From positions 118,954 to 182,953 of the IMG/VR virus record IMGVR_UViG_3300032246_002821: 64,000 nt of DNA; one strand, 5' to 3'. The position numbers and the translations under genes are program-made. The notes under the pieces are model-generated. The model worked only from the letters and a program-made list of their open reading frames with translations, was not told the DNA's origin and made no database searches. Shown here one piece after another: positions 8,944 to 18,680 of this stretch. This DNA is from a virus. Position 1 is the stretch's first letter; every line of letters begins with the position of its first letter.

Positions 8944-9876
8944 ATGATAACTTTATTGAACACAGACTGTCTGCAGGCTGACGTGGCGGATAACAGCATC
9001 GATCTGCTGTTGACTGACCCCCCTTATAACATCAGTTCAGATGGTGCCAAACCCGAATGGCTGGATCCCATCACAGGTGAGAACAAGAACACCATCCACA
9101 ACCAGCGGTTCAGTGAAAGTTTCGAACAGAACTGGGACGATGTAAGTCACGAAGAATTTCTTGCACAGATGACCAGCTGGAGCAATTACTGGTTCGCCAA
9201 GCTACGGCGCGGTGGCAGTTTTGCAGTTTTTATCAGCGATCAATATATCAGTCATCTGTGGAAGATAATGGAGGCCACTGGGTTTGAACCCAAACGAGTC
9301 TGGACTTGGAAAAAGCCAGCCGCAGTGCCTTTCAATCGCCGGGTGAATCCCGTCAGCGGTTGCGAGTATGTGCTGTGGGGTATCAAACCCGGTGGCCCGC
9401 GCACGTTCCACAGCGATGCAACTGAAGGCAGCATTGTGGAACGGTATGCCAGTGCTGACAAGGTCAGCAGCATCGTGTACAAGATGATGAAAGACAGCAC
9501 AGCACCCTATGACCTGCCAGCCATATTCGCGGCAGCGCAGGCCGAGGCTGCTCGTATGCTGGCAGACCGCAAACGCAACGGCAATGTCATACAGTGTGTG
9601 GTACCCAACACCATCACCTACAGCGGTGGCCTGGGCAAGAAGATCCATCCCACACAGAAGCCCACGGAGATACTGGAATATTTCATCGAGCTGTTGAGCA
9701 ATCCTGGCGACACAGTTTTGGATACCTTTGCCGGAAGTGGCAGCACCGGTGTTGCTGCCGATAAACTAAACCGCAACTGCATACTGATCGAACGCGATAC
9801 AAAGATGTTCGCCATTATGAGCAAGCAATTTGAATCTGCCAACCACTTCAACCGTTTATTCGAACAAGAGGTATAA
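8944..9876 (+). CDS. beta-class N4-C/N6-A DNA methyltransferase
   Basis: motif IV DPPY near the N-terminus, HPTQKP, motif I DTFAGSGST near the C-terminus. Confidence 0.92.
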   Translation: MITLLNTDCLQADVADNSIDLLLTDPPYNISSDGAKPEWLDPITGENKNTIHNQRFSESFEQNWDDVSHEEFLAQMTSWSNYWFAKLRRGGSFAVFISDQYISHLWKIMEATGFEPKRVWTWKKPAAVPFNRRVNPVSGCEYVLWGIKPGGPRTFHSDATEGSIVERYASADKVSSIVYKMMKDSTAPYDLPAIFAAAQAEAARMLADRKRNGNVIQCVVPNTITYSGGLGKKIHPTQKPTEILEYFIELLSNPGDTVLDTFAGSGSTGVAADKLNRNCILIERDTKMFAIMSKQFESANHFNRLFEQEV

Positions 9877-9877
9877 A

Positions 9878-10138
9878 ATGTCTGACAATTTCCGTGCTGG
9901 TACCAAGCGAGTAGTACACACCCGAGCCAACACATCCTTCGCAGACTGGCGCGAAATGGTGCTGCTGGAATATACCAAGTTGGGCGTGGATCCTGGCACT
10001 GTGCGCCCGTTGCGAGAACTTCACGCCTGGGAAGGCGGTGATACCACGCAAGGTTGGGCTACCCACGTGTGGCACAACAATAAACTTCGTGAAAGAACCA
10101 AAGAAATCAATATGTTAAACGGCAAAAAAACCGGATAA
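9878..10138 (+). CDS. hypothetical protein
   Basis: ATG 9878 right after the MTase stop. Confidence 0.65.
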   Translation: MSDNFRAGTKRVVHTRANTSFADWREMVLLEYTKLGVDPGTVRPLRELHAWEGGDTTQGWATHVWHNNKLRERTKEINMLNGKKTG

Positions 10139-10144
10139 AAACGC

Positions 10145-10172
10145 TTGACAGGCCTATTTCCTGTGTTATATT
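10145..10172 (+). promoter_or_regulatory. sigma70-type promoter
   Basis: TTGACA-N16-TATATT, TGT before -10. Confidence 0.75.
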
Positions 10173-10196
10173 AAGGTATAAGCACAGGGGATAGCA

Positions 10197-10487
10197 ATGG
10201 TACAAGTTAATGGCAAGGCCACCGGTACGATTACCACTCGCGGTTTGATGCGTGACAAATATTTCCTCAGAGGCTACAACGATGTCTCCAAGAACCGCGG
10301 TTGGGACAAGGAATACGACAGCTGGTACACAGGTGCCCAGTGGAATTACGAGCGGGGTCGCCAGTTTGCTGCTGCCACTGCCAGCAAGCTGCCTCCCAAG
10401 GTCAAGACAATGAGCGGCAAGGTGATACTGAGCCGTGATGCCCAGTGGGCATTCGGTGACTTGTTTCGAGAAAACGCTATTATGTGA
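10197..10487 (+). CDS. hypothetical protein
   Basis: 96 aa, follows the promoter. Confidence 0.7.
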   Translation: MVQVNGKATGTITTRGLMRDKYFLRGYNDVSKNRGWDKEYDSWYTGAQWNYERGRQFAAATASKLPPKVKTMSGKVILSRDAQWAFGDLFRENAIM

Positions 10488-10497
10488 GGAGACTAAA

Positions 10498-11097
10498 ATG
10501 CCCAATTGGTGCAATAACAATGCCATCATCCGCCACGCTGATCCAGAGATGATCTCAAAAGTGGTCAAAGGCTACGCACACGGCAAGTTGTTCAGTGAGT
10601 TCTTTCCCTGCCCTGAAGAATTGTCAGCCCCTGTAGAGATAGGTGAAAACTATAACGATCGAGTGGCGGCTCAGGAAGCAGCCAATCGCGAAAAATTCGG
10701 TTATAGCGACTGGTATCACTGGTGCACAGACAACTGGGGAACCAAGTGGGACGCTGGGAACGAAAATGACGAGGACCTAGACTGCTTAGATCCCAACAAG
10801 GTACAGCTCAGCTTCGACACAGCCTGGCAGCCTCCCGTGGCATTCTATGAGAAGATGACGGATATAGGTTTCCAGATAGATGCTTTTTATCTGGAAGAAG
10901 GGGTAGGCTTCGTGGGCAAATACACAAGCACTGACGGTGATGAGAATTATAACTTCGATGGTTCCGAAGATCTGGAAGACATTCCAGATGACATCCGGGA
11001 GTTCTGGGATCTGGACACCATCTGTGAATGGCGTGATGCTGAAGAAGACGACGATGAAGAGCCTGAAGAAGACCAAGAGGAAGATGGATCCAGCTAA
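10498..11097 (+). CDS. DUF1281/YubB ferredoxin-like domain protein with acidic tail
   Basis: MPNWCNN...DWYHWCTDNWGTKWD...FDTAWQPP...FYLEEG. Confidence 0.8.
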   Translation: MPNWCNNNAIIRHADPEMISKVVKGYAHGKLFSEFFPCPEELSAPVEIGENYNDRVAAQEAANREKFGYSDWYHWCTDNWGTKWDAGNENDEDLDCLDPNKVQLSFDTAWQPPVAFYEKMTDIGFQIDAFYLEEGVGFVGKYTSTDGDENYNFDGSEDLEDIPDDIREFWDLDTICEWRDAEEDDDEEPEEDQEEDGSS

Positions 11098-11104
11098 TTA
11101 ACAT

Positions 11105-11257
11105 ATGCGATGTGATCCTGCTTTTCGTATGATCTGGATAGAAGGTTATACAGCTAAAAAGAACAATTTACCAGCTGCGGTTTGTCCTTATGACCAGGCC
11201 CAGCTGGTTTTTCATTGGCTCCAGGGGTACACAGATGCGGAATTGGATCAGCAATGA
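11105..11257 (+). CDS. Rmf/CrpP-fold small protein (ribosome modulation factor-like), missing from the ORF track
   Basis: hand translation MRCDPAFRMIWIEGYTAKKNNLPAAVCPYDQAQLVFHWLQGYTDAELDQQ contains GY.A...CPY......WL.G(Y/W). Confidence 0.65.
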   Translation: MRCDPAFRMIWIEGYTAKKNNLPAAVCPYDQAQLVFHWLQGYTDAELDQQ

Positions 11258-12360
11258 TACAACTACAAACCAAAGATTTTTGTTTCTATGGCAGCAATGT
11301 AAGTTACAACGCAAATGATTTAGCTGACGATATAGACATCTATAATTTAGATCTTAAAGATCATTTTTTATTTTTTATCAATGTAGACTTGATAACACAC
11401 ATAGACTGTTGTGATGAACAATTATTACAGTTGTTGAAAGACTATCAACAAACTGCTTCAGACAATGGCAAGCGATTCCACATAGTATGTGAAAGTATAT
11501 ATGAGGCTCCCAGTTACTCTTATGATCTCAAAAAATTCATATCTAGTATATGTGATAGTTTAGGTATAACGTTAGATGAGATCATATTGTTGACGGGTGC
11601 CCACGATCAACAAGGTGCTCCTGTCAAAGCAGTCAACAGTCTAGCAGTAGCAGCACATAATCTCATATTCCTTGATACCGAATCAGACACTCTACCTCAA
11701 CATCATTTCATCAGTTTAGCACGTTTATTAAAATCTCATAGGATAGCCGCAACAGTTGAGATATTGGACAGAGGGTTGGACGTCTACGGCAAAATTAGCT
11801 TGGGTTCTGGTTATTATATAGATCCAGAAGAAAATAACTTCACATTAGTACCCAAGCATCATAGGCACCGTATGCCTTTACTCCTGGATGGCGATGTTAG
11901 TGGTACTACCAATCCTGCTGAATTCAAGGCAACATCGGACGCTATGACCCATGCTTTTTGCAATCTAGTGATGGAAACCAGTTATGAAAGGGCACTGGTA
12001 CAAGGCAAATGGAATTTGAATTTCGTATCTGAAAAATCTCTTAAACCTTTCGCTTGGGGGCAGGTGCCCCTGTTCGTGGCCCCCGCAGGATTCGTACAGA
12101 TAATCAAAAACATGGGTTTCGATATATTCGAAGATATAATAGATCACAGTTATGACCATGAAACAGATCCCTTCAAACGCATAACGATGGTTATAGATTG
12201 TTTAGCTGAAATATGTGGTCAAGATATTTCTCATTGGCAACAGTATAAAGAAAACAACCAATCCAGATTCGATAGCAACAGACAGATAGCTATGAAAATC
12301 AATAATGATAAGAACCGCATCACCAGAGATAATTTGTGGAATGCAATTATTTCCACATAA
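11254..12360 (+). CDS. GT10-like glycosyltransferase-fold protein (paralogue 2)
   Basis: NLVMETSY...FVSEKSLKPFAWGQ...GFDIF. Confidence 0.55.
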   Translation: MIQLQTKDFCFYGSNVSYNANDLADDIDIYNLDLKDHFLFFINVDLITHIDCCDEQLLQLLKDYQQTASDNGKRFHIVCESIYEAPSYSYDLKKFISSICDSLGITLDEIILLTGAHDQQGAPVKAVNSLAVAAHNLIFLDTESDTLPQHHFISLARLLKSHRIAATVEILDRGLDVYGKISLGSGYYIDPEENNFTLVPKHHRHRMPLLLDGDVSGTTNPAEFKATSDAMTHAFCNLVMETSYERALVQGKWNLNFVSEKSLKPFAWGQVPLFVAPAGFVQIIKNMGFDIFEDIIDHSYDHETDPFKRITMVIDCLAEICGQDISHWQQYKENNQSRFDSNRQIAMKINNDKNRITRDNLWNAIIST

Positions 12361-12368
12361 TTAACTAT

Positions 12369-13103
12369 ATGAAAAACATCAGCAATCACATCTGTAACAT
12401 TAATCCTTTTACAGTCAGATCAGATTACTCAAAAGCCAGTCCTTTTCACATAACAGAAGTAAAAAATTTCATACCAGAATCTTTGGTGAAAGAATTATCG
12501 CAAGAATTAGCAGATATCAGTCTGGAAGATTGCAAGCATTTCACAAGGCGCGACAGTTGTATGTATGAACACAATAAGGTGGAAGATACTCCTGTGGCGC
12601 GAGATTTCATCAACATAATGCACAGCAGTCGTATTTTAAAATGGCTGGAATGTGCCACTGGGATGGCTAAATTGATTCCTGATCCCCATCTGACAGGAGC
12701 AGGATATGTCAAGAGTTTTTCCGGAGACAGTTTGAAAATCCATAGCGACTTCAATTGGGTGGAAGAGTTGGGTTTGCATCGCACTGTCAGTGTGGTGATC
12801 TATCTCAACGATGAATGGCAAGAAGACTGGGGCGGTAGCCTTAATTTTTATGACAAAGATAGGAAAACCGTGATAAAAAGCATAACTCCTGGTCCAGGCA
12901 ATGCTGCCATCTGGGGCTACAGCCCCATAGCCTATCACGGTTATCCTGAACCCATGACTTGTCCTGCGGATTACAGCCGTAAAGCACTGAGATTGTTTTA
13001 TTATACCAGCAGAGCTGAACACGATCCTGTGGATCCGCCACATCGCAGCCTATACTGGTTCGATGAAGTTGGCAATCCCGTGGACGACAGGAGCCAGAGA
13101 TGA
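12369..13103 (+). CDS. 2OG-Fe(II) oxygenase (prolyl-hydroxylase-like)
   Basis: IHSDFN (HxD), IYLNDEW, YHGYP, RKALRLFYY. Confidence 0.88.
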   Translation: MKNISNHICNINPFTVRSDYSKASPFHITEVKNFIPESLVKELSQELADISLEDCKHFTRRDSCMYEHNKVEDTPVARDFINIMHSSRILKWLECATGMAKLIPDPHLTGAGYVKSFSGDSLKIHSDFNWVEELGLHRTVSVVIYLNDEWQEDWGGSLNFYDKDRKTVIKSITPGPGNAAIWGYSPIAYHGYPEPMTCPADYSRKALRLFYYTSRAEHDPVDPPHRSLYWFDEVGNPVDDRSQR

Positions 13104-13951
13104 ATCATCGCGGGGCCAGAGCCATACCAGATGCAGATCACAGGAACTTTTTCCAGTCATTAAACGTGATGAAAAGTCTATATGATACAGATCTGCCTGT
13201 GAGATTTGCCAAGAAATTCCAGCGTTGGATCACAAATAATCGTTTGAACAGTTTGGAATCCCTGAGCCAATATCAGCACATCAGCCTGTGTGCTGGCACC
13301 AGCCAGGCGTTCGATCATTTTTACATCAAACATCACACCAGGCGTTTCCGCACATTAACTGGGGAGTTCATGTATCACAGGGCTGTGTTCAAGCAAGGAT
13401 ACAAACATCTGGATTATCCTCTGGCGCCACTAGATCCCAACGATGCAGTGATAATCAGCGTACCTTTCAGCGACCTGGGCAGCAAGCATCCTGATACCAA
13501 CGAGATACTGCGCCGTTGCAGCGAGATGGGTGTGCCTGTGCTGCTGGATATGGCCTATGTGGTTTGCAGCAAAAACATAGTCATAGATCTGGACCAGAGC
13601 TGCATAGACACTGTGGTATTCAGTCTCAGTAAGATGTTGTATGGTGCGGAAAACCTGCGTGTGGGAATCAGATTCCAGAAGACCAACAGCGACGATGGCA
13701 TAGATGTGTTCAACAGTGTGGGGATGAACAATAGGCTGGACATCGCTGTGGCTGAGCAGATCATCGACACATTTAAACCAGATTACATCTGGGGACGCTA
13801 CAGTGAGAAATATCAGAAAGTGATCAAAGATATGGGCCTACAGGCCACAGACTGCATAATGTTCGGATTAGATGATCAGGACCGTTATCCGGAATTGAAT
13901 CGCGGCAATAAAACCAATCGCGTTTGTATAAGTGATCAGCTATGCACATAA
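13100..13951 (+). CDS. PLP-dependent fold-type I enzyme (aminotransferase-like)
   Basis: LLDMAY and SLSK...LRVG motifs. Confidence 0.7.
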   Translation: MNHRGARAIPDADHRNFFQSLNVMKSLYDTDLPVRFAKKFQRWITNNRLNSLESLSQYQHISLCAGTSQAFDHFYIKHHTRRFRTLTGEFMYHRAVFKQGYKHLDYPLAPLDPNDAVIISVPFSDLGSKHPDTNEILRRCSEMGVPVLLDMAYVVCSKNIVIDLDQSCIDTVVFSLSKMLYGAENLRVGIRFQKTNSDDGIDVFNSVGMNNRLDIAVAEQIIDTFKPDYIWGRYSEKYQKVIKDMGLQATDCIMFGLDDQDRYPELNRGNKTNRVCISDQLCT

Positions 13952-15051
13952 CAGCCACAGACAGATACACTTTTTTCACCTTCAATAATCCCGAGCGTAG
14001 CTATCCTGCCAGGGACATCGTGGCCAACAGATATACAGGTCCAGATCATTGTCTGATAATAGACATCTATAGCATCAATTTCAGAGAGGACAAACAATTC
14101 CAGCATATCCTGGATCATATGACGCCTTATTTCCGAGCAGATAAAAGGCATAGATTGATAATAGATGCTGCCTATGAGGCACCCACATATCGTTATCATC
14201 TCAAGACGTTCATGGATTGGATGGCAGACAATGCTGGTATACCACTGGCAGATCAGGTGATCTTTGGCGGAAGCCAACACCAATTCGATGATCCCATAAA
14301 TTTTGCCCTATGCAACAGCATGGCTATTACCCATATGGTGCTGAAAGACAGCACATATGATCTGGTACCGGAACATCATTATATTAGTCTAGCCAGGATA
14401 GTCAAACGCCATCGTTTGCTCACCACAGTGGAGATCCTGGACAGGGGATTGGAACCCTATGGCTATATGAGCCTGGGCAGTGGTTATTACAACAGGGAGG
14501 GCGAAAACAGTCTGCTGTGGAGAGAGACTCCAGACAGATACAAGGACAAATTCCCCTTGTATATAGAAGGGCTGATAGCACCAGGGGCACTGGCAGAAAA
14601 TCAACACTATGCAGCTGACCCCAAAATGACATTGGCATTTTGCAACGTGGTACAGGAAACCAGTTATGATGCCGAAATCACACCTAGCAACTGGAACACA
14701 CCTTTCATAACAGAGAAAAGCACCAAACCCTTCGCCTGGGGACAGGTTCCTGTGTATGTTGCCACATCAGGGCACGTCAGCTTTGTACGCCAACTGGGTT
14801 TCGATATGTTCGATGATATAATAGATCACGGTTATGATAATGAACACGACGGCCGCAGACGCATATTGATGGCAGTGGATCAATTACAAAAGATCTGTGA
14901 ATTGCCCATAGAGCACTGGCAGCAATACAAACAGCAAAACATTGAAAGGTTCCGACGTAACCGTGAGATAGCGCATAATCTGTATGCCAACAACCAAGAA
15001 ACAATGGTCAGACCCAACACAGAAAATTTACTACGGGTTCTGGATTTATAA
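13942..15051 (+). CDS. GT10-like glycosyltransferase-fold protein (paralogue 3)
   Basis: NVVQETSY...FITEKSTKPFAWGQ...GFDMF; close to paralogue 2. Confidence 0.55.
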   Translation: MHITATDRYTFFTFNNPERSYPARDIVANRYTGPDHCLIIDIYSINFREDKQFQHILDHMTPYFRADKRHRLIIDAAYEAPTYRYHLKTFMDWMADNAGIPLADQVIFGGSQHQFDDPINFALCNSMAITHMVLKDSTYDLVPEHHYISLARIVKRHRLLTTVEILDRGLEPYGYMSLGSGYYNREGENSLLWRETPDRYKDKFPLYIEGLIAPGALAENQHYAADPKMTLAFCNVVQETSYDAEITPSNWNTPFITEKSTKPFAWGQVPVYVATSGHVSFVRQLGFDMFDDIIDHGYDNEHDGRRRILMAVDQLQKICELPIEHWQQYKQQNIERFRRNREIAHNLYANNQETMVRPNTENLLRVLDL

Positions 15052-15059
15052 ATATTTTT

Positions 15060-16214
15060 ATGAAACTTTCAATGATAGGATTGGGTAAACTAGGTTTGCC
15101 CTGCGCCACCGAAATGGCTCGAAAACATCAGGTTCGTGGTTATGATGTCAGCTTCATACCCACCGTATTTCCCCAGGCAGCAAGCATAGCGGATTGCATC
15201 AAGGACAGTGAATTCATATTCATTGCTGTGCCCACACCGCACGAAACAGGTTACGGGGGCGAGACACCCACCAGCCATCTGCCTGTGAAAGATTTCGATT
15301 ATACACTGGTCAAGCAAGTGCTGACAGAGATCGCCCAGCACAAGACACCAGACCAACAGGTGGTATTGATCAGCACTGTATTGCCAGGCACCACCAGGCG
15401 CGAGCTGGCTCCTATTATTCCCGACATCATCTATAATCCCTATCTGATAGCAGTGGGCACAGTGGCGGCAGACTTCGTGGATCCGGAAATGGTGATAATA
15501 GGTTCTGATGCCAATCCCAATGTGCCCAGATTGATAGAACTATACAAGAGTGTGCTGGTACCAGAAGCCAGATACGAAACAGGCACCTGGGAAGATGCCG
15601 AGGCCATAAAGATTTTTTACAACACATTCGCCAGCATGAAACTGGGGTTTGCCAATATGATTATGGATGTGGCCCTGGGTATTGGGCATATGGATCTGGC
15701 TAACATTACCAATGCACTGAGCAACAGCACCAAGCGCATAATGAGCAGCAAATATATGACGCCGGGCCTGGGCGATGGGGGTGCTTGCCATCCCCGAGAT
15801 AATATCGCTCTGAGATGGTTGAGCGATAGGCTGGATCTGGGTTATGATATGTTCGGAGAGATAATGCGTACTCGTGAAGTGCAGGCACGTAGATTGGCCG
15901 AACGCCTGTGCAGCTACGAATTACCTGTGGTGATACTGGGCAAAAGCTATAAAGAGAATGTGCATAACACAGATGGCAGTTACGGTCTGCTGGTGGGTCA
16001 TTATGTGGAAAAACTGGCTGGCAATGTGAATTACGTGGATCCGCTCAACAATACCGATTACGTGGCCAAGACAGCCAGCACGTTCTTGATCAGTTACCAT
16101 CATGATTGGATATCAGATTATGCAGATTATCCCGCAGGCAGCATCATAGTGGATCCCTGGCGTAGGAATCTGCAGATACCAGGATGCCGGGTGGTCAACC
16201 TTGGACAAGTTTGA
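15060..16214 (+). CDS. ugd: UDP-glucose/GDP-mannose 6-dehydrogenase
   Basis: GLGKLG Rossmann motif, IAVPTP, ISTVLPG, EAIKIFYN, GDGGACHPRD. Confidence 0.9.
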   Translation: MKLSMIGLGKLGLPCATEMARKHQVRGYDVSFIPTVFPQAASIADCIKDSEFIFIAVPTPHETGYGGETPTSHLPVKDFDYTLVKQVLTEIAQHKTPDQQVVLISTVLPGTTRRELAPIIPDIIYNPYLIAVGTVAADFVDPEMVIIGSDANPNVPRLIELYKSVLVPEARYETGTWEDAEAIKIFYNTFASMKLGFANMIMDVALGIGHMDLANITNALSNSTKRIMSSKYMTPGLGDGGACHPRDNIALRWLSDRLDLGYDMFGEIMRTREVQARRLAERLCSYELPVVILGKSYKENVHNTDGSYGLLVGHYVEKLAGNVNYVDPLNNTDYVAKTASTFLISYHHDWISDYADYPAGSIIVDPWRRNLQIPGCRVVNLGQV

Positions 16215-17301
16215 ATACCTGTGGGGTCAACACGAGAAAAATCTCGCAGATGTCCTGGAAGTATGGGCACGAACATTTCCTCCTGATAGCTTGGTAGCGG
16301 ATCTGGTACAAAATGATGGCAGCGATGGATTCAATGATATCGCAGATCTCATAGCATCCAGACTAGCACCAGGACAGACAGTGATACTGACCCATACCTG
16401 GGAGGCTGCTGAAAATTATTTGCTGGGCATAGCAGCGCGGTTATATCACAAAGGCATAGGCAGGGATCGCATCGTGGTGATCTGCTGCGGTTATCCCAAA
16501 AAATTATATCAGCAAACCATAATAGAATACGCCAGATTATACCATCTGCCTTACTTCCTGGTACGCACCTATAACAACAACAGTTGCCTGACACCTGGCG
16601 CCAAAAAACCAGGTTTCATCTGCCTCAACCGCAGGCCCAAATTCCCACGCAGTTATCTCATCAGCTGCTTGCTGGATCTGGGACTGGCGGATCATTGCAG
16701 CTGGGCTGGCAAAGACATCTACTTCAATGTGGGACCGGTGAGCGATTATACCAAACAAAAGATAGACAGCGTGATGAACCTGGATCATGCACGGTCTCAA
16801 TTGGACGATGGTCGATTTACCAGGTATCTCAACAACTGGCAGTGGTTCTCGTCGGCACACCACATCTCCAGCGACATCTATCCCAATGTGAATGACCACA
16901 GCACCAACAGCCCAGTGTACAACCATCTGATAAATGTCATCAGCGAAACCTATTGCGACGATAGCAACGAAGACGGCGTGGATGCCGATGGTTTTCATAG
17001 TATATTCCTCACGGAAAAGACCTACAAGAGCATCTATGCCAAGCAGATATTCCTGATCCAAAACAGTTGCCATACTCTTGATTATCTTAGAATGATGGGA
17101 TTCAAGACATTTGAAATGCTGGATCAAAGTTATGACCGTATTCCAGATGTCATCACACGCACGGAGAAATTAATAGATGTGCTACAGGATTGTCTGCAAA
17201 ATGCAGATTTGAATATAATGACCTGCACAATACGAAATCACAATCACAACCATATGATATCACTGGTGGAATCAGGCACATATTTGCTTGACTTAAATTA
17301 A
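16201..17301 (+). CDS. GT10-like glycosyltransferase-fold protein (paralogue 4)
   Basis: NVISETY...FLTEKTYKS...GFKTF; TTG start uncertain. Confidence 0.55.
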   Translation: MDKFEYLWGQHEKNLADVLEVWARTFPPDSLVADLVQNDGSDGFNDIADLIASRLAPGQTVILTHTWEAAENYLLGIAARLYHKGIGRDRIVVICCGYPKKLYQQTIIEYARLYHLPYFLVRTYNNNSCLTPGAKKPGFICLNRRPKFPRSYLISCLLDLGLADHCSWAGKDIYFNVGPVSDYTKQKIDSVMNLDHARSQLDDGRFTRYLNNWQWFSSAHHISSDIYPNVNDHSTNSPVYNHLINVISETYCDDSNEDGVDADGFHSIFLTEKTYKSIYAKQIFLIQNSCHTLDYLRMMGFKTFEMLDQSYDRIPDVITRTEKLIDVLQDCLQNADLNIMTCTIRNHNHNHMISLVESGTYLLDLN

Positions 17302-17315
17302 GATGATGCTATAAT
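17288..17315 (+). promoter_or_regulatory. sigma70-type promoter
   Basis: TTGACT-N16-TATAAT, TGC before -10. Confidence 0.75.
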
Positions 17316-17321
17316 CGCCAT

Positions 17322-18179
17322 ATGAAGATTCAAATTGTCAGTGACTTACATCTGGAACACCGCAATGACCTACCCGTGCTGCACAATGCTGGGGCTGATG
17401 TGCTGATATTGGCTGGCGACATCTGCCAGGCAGAAGATCTGTATCGTAATCCCCGTGATAAATTCACAGTGGATGGTCAAGTTGCCGATCTGTCACAGGT
17501 GATGACCGGTGATTGGCGTGGCTGGGATGCCAGACGTTTCCGTGAGTTCTTCCAGCATTGCAGCGATAACTGGCCACACGTGCTGTATGTGTCAGGTAAC
17601 CACGAACATTATGATGGTCGTTGGGAGCGCACATCAGATATCCTACGCACAGAGATGGCACATTACCACAATATCCATTTTATGGATCAGGACAGCATTA
17701 CCATAGATGGTATCAGGTTCCTGGGTGTGCCATTGTGGACCAGTTTCAAAGATGCAGATCCCAATGTGATGTGGGCTGTGAAAAGCTACATGAGCGACTA
17801 CCGCTGGATCAAACACTTCAATGCAGGTCAGTGGGGCAGGTTGCGTCCCCAGGATACCTTGGCCAAACATCAGAGCGATGTCAGTTGGCTGACAGATCAA
17901 CTTGCAATGGATCACACGCCCACGGTCATCATAGGGCATCACGCACCCAGCTATCAGAGCATCCACGAGATGTATCGCAACCAGGCGGATATGAACTATG
18001 CTTTTTGCAGCAGCCTGGATCATATGATGGTCACAAATTATCATATCCGACTATGGGTCCACGGTCACGTCCACAACTGTTTCGATTATTCAATCAATCA
18101 GGCACGTGTGGTGTGCAATCCCCTGGGTTACCCATCAGAGACCACAGGATTTGATCCTGCATTGGTTGTGGAAGTTTAG
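17322..18179 (+). CDS. calcineurin-like metallophosphoesterase
   Basis: SDLH, AGD, GNHE, GHH, HGHVH. Confidence 0.9.
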   Translation: MKIQIVSDLHLEHRNDLPVLHNAGADVLILAGDICQAEDLYRNPRDKFTVDGQVADLSQVMTGDWRGWDARRFREFFQHCSDNWPHVLYVSGNHEHYDGRWERTSDILRTEMAHYHNIHFMDQDSITIDGIRFLGVPLWTSFKDADPNVMWAVKSYMSDYRWIKHFNAGQWGRLRPQDTLAKHQSDVSWLTDQLAMDHTPTVIIGHHAPSYQSIHEMYRNQADMNYAFCSSLDHMMVTNYHIRLWVHGHVHNCFDYSINQARVVCNPLGYPSETTGFDPALVVEV

Positions 18180-18283
18180 TTACAATACCAAGTGCCAGCA
18201 ATATAGGTAGCAGCATCTTCGGCATTGTTGACCGCATCTATCACATCTAATATGCTACGTATAAGTTCTGCTGCTCTCATCAT
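18176..18283 (-). CDS. 35-aa ORF MMRAAELIRSILDVID..., possibly a truncated late gene
   Basis: hand translation; SD gagga upstream. Confidence 0.35.
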   Translation of the reverse strand: MMRAAELIRSILDVIDAVNNAEDAATYIAGTWYCN

Positions 18284-18289
18284 GATTCC

Positions 18290-18583
18290 TCAGCTACTCT
18301 GCACCACAGCGATAGTGCTGGCAGCTACATAACCCACATTGGCCACAACCACTTCAGCAGTGCCGGCGGTAGTGATGAATGCGATCTTGTTGCCCAGTCC
18401 TTCCATATTGATGTCTCTGGTAGCACCAGCTGGAACCACCATACAGTTGCCTGTGAAGGCGGTGGGATTAGCACCTACAGCATAGTGTACGCTGACGTTG
18501 CTGGTCACTTTGACTTTGGTGGTCTGTACAGCAGCACTCTGGGTGCTTGTTCCACTAACCGTAAGAACTTGTGCGGTGGCCAT
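18290..18583 (-). CDS. small beta-rich putative virion protein
   Basis: 97 aa, T/A/V-rich; TAAATA late motif at 18604-18609 (minus strand). Confidence 0.65.
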   Translation of the reverse strand: MATAQVLTVSGTSTQSAAVQTTKVKVTSNVSVHYAVGANPTAFTGNCMVVPAGATRDINMEGLGNKIAFITTAGTAEVVVANVGYVAASTIAVVQSS

Positions 18584-18620
18584 TTATGATATCCTCTTTA
18601 GTATATTTATGACAAAGCTG

Positions 18621-18648
18621 TTGACAAGTGAAATGTCTGTGTTATAGT
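18621..18648 (+). promoter_or_regulatory. sigma70-type promoter
   Basis: TTGACA-N16-TATAGT, TGT before -10. Confidence 0.75.
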
Positions 18649-18680
18649 TAAAAATGTAACAGTCACAAGGAGGACGGACC

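Noticed and set aside
11171-11215. ACCAGCTG...CAGCTGGT-TTTT as a terminator
   Set aside because: It lies inside the Rmf-like ORF and has a large loose loop; the downstream gene is translationally coupled.
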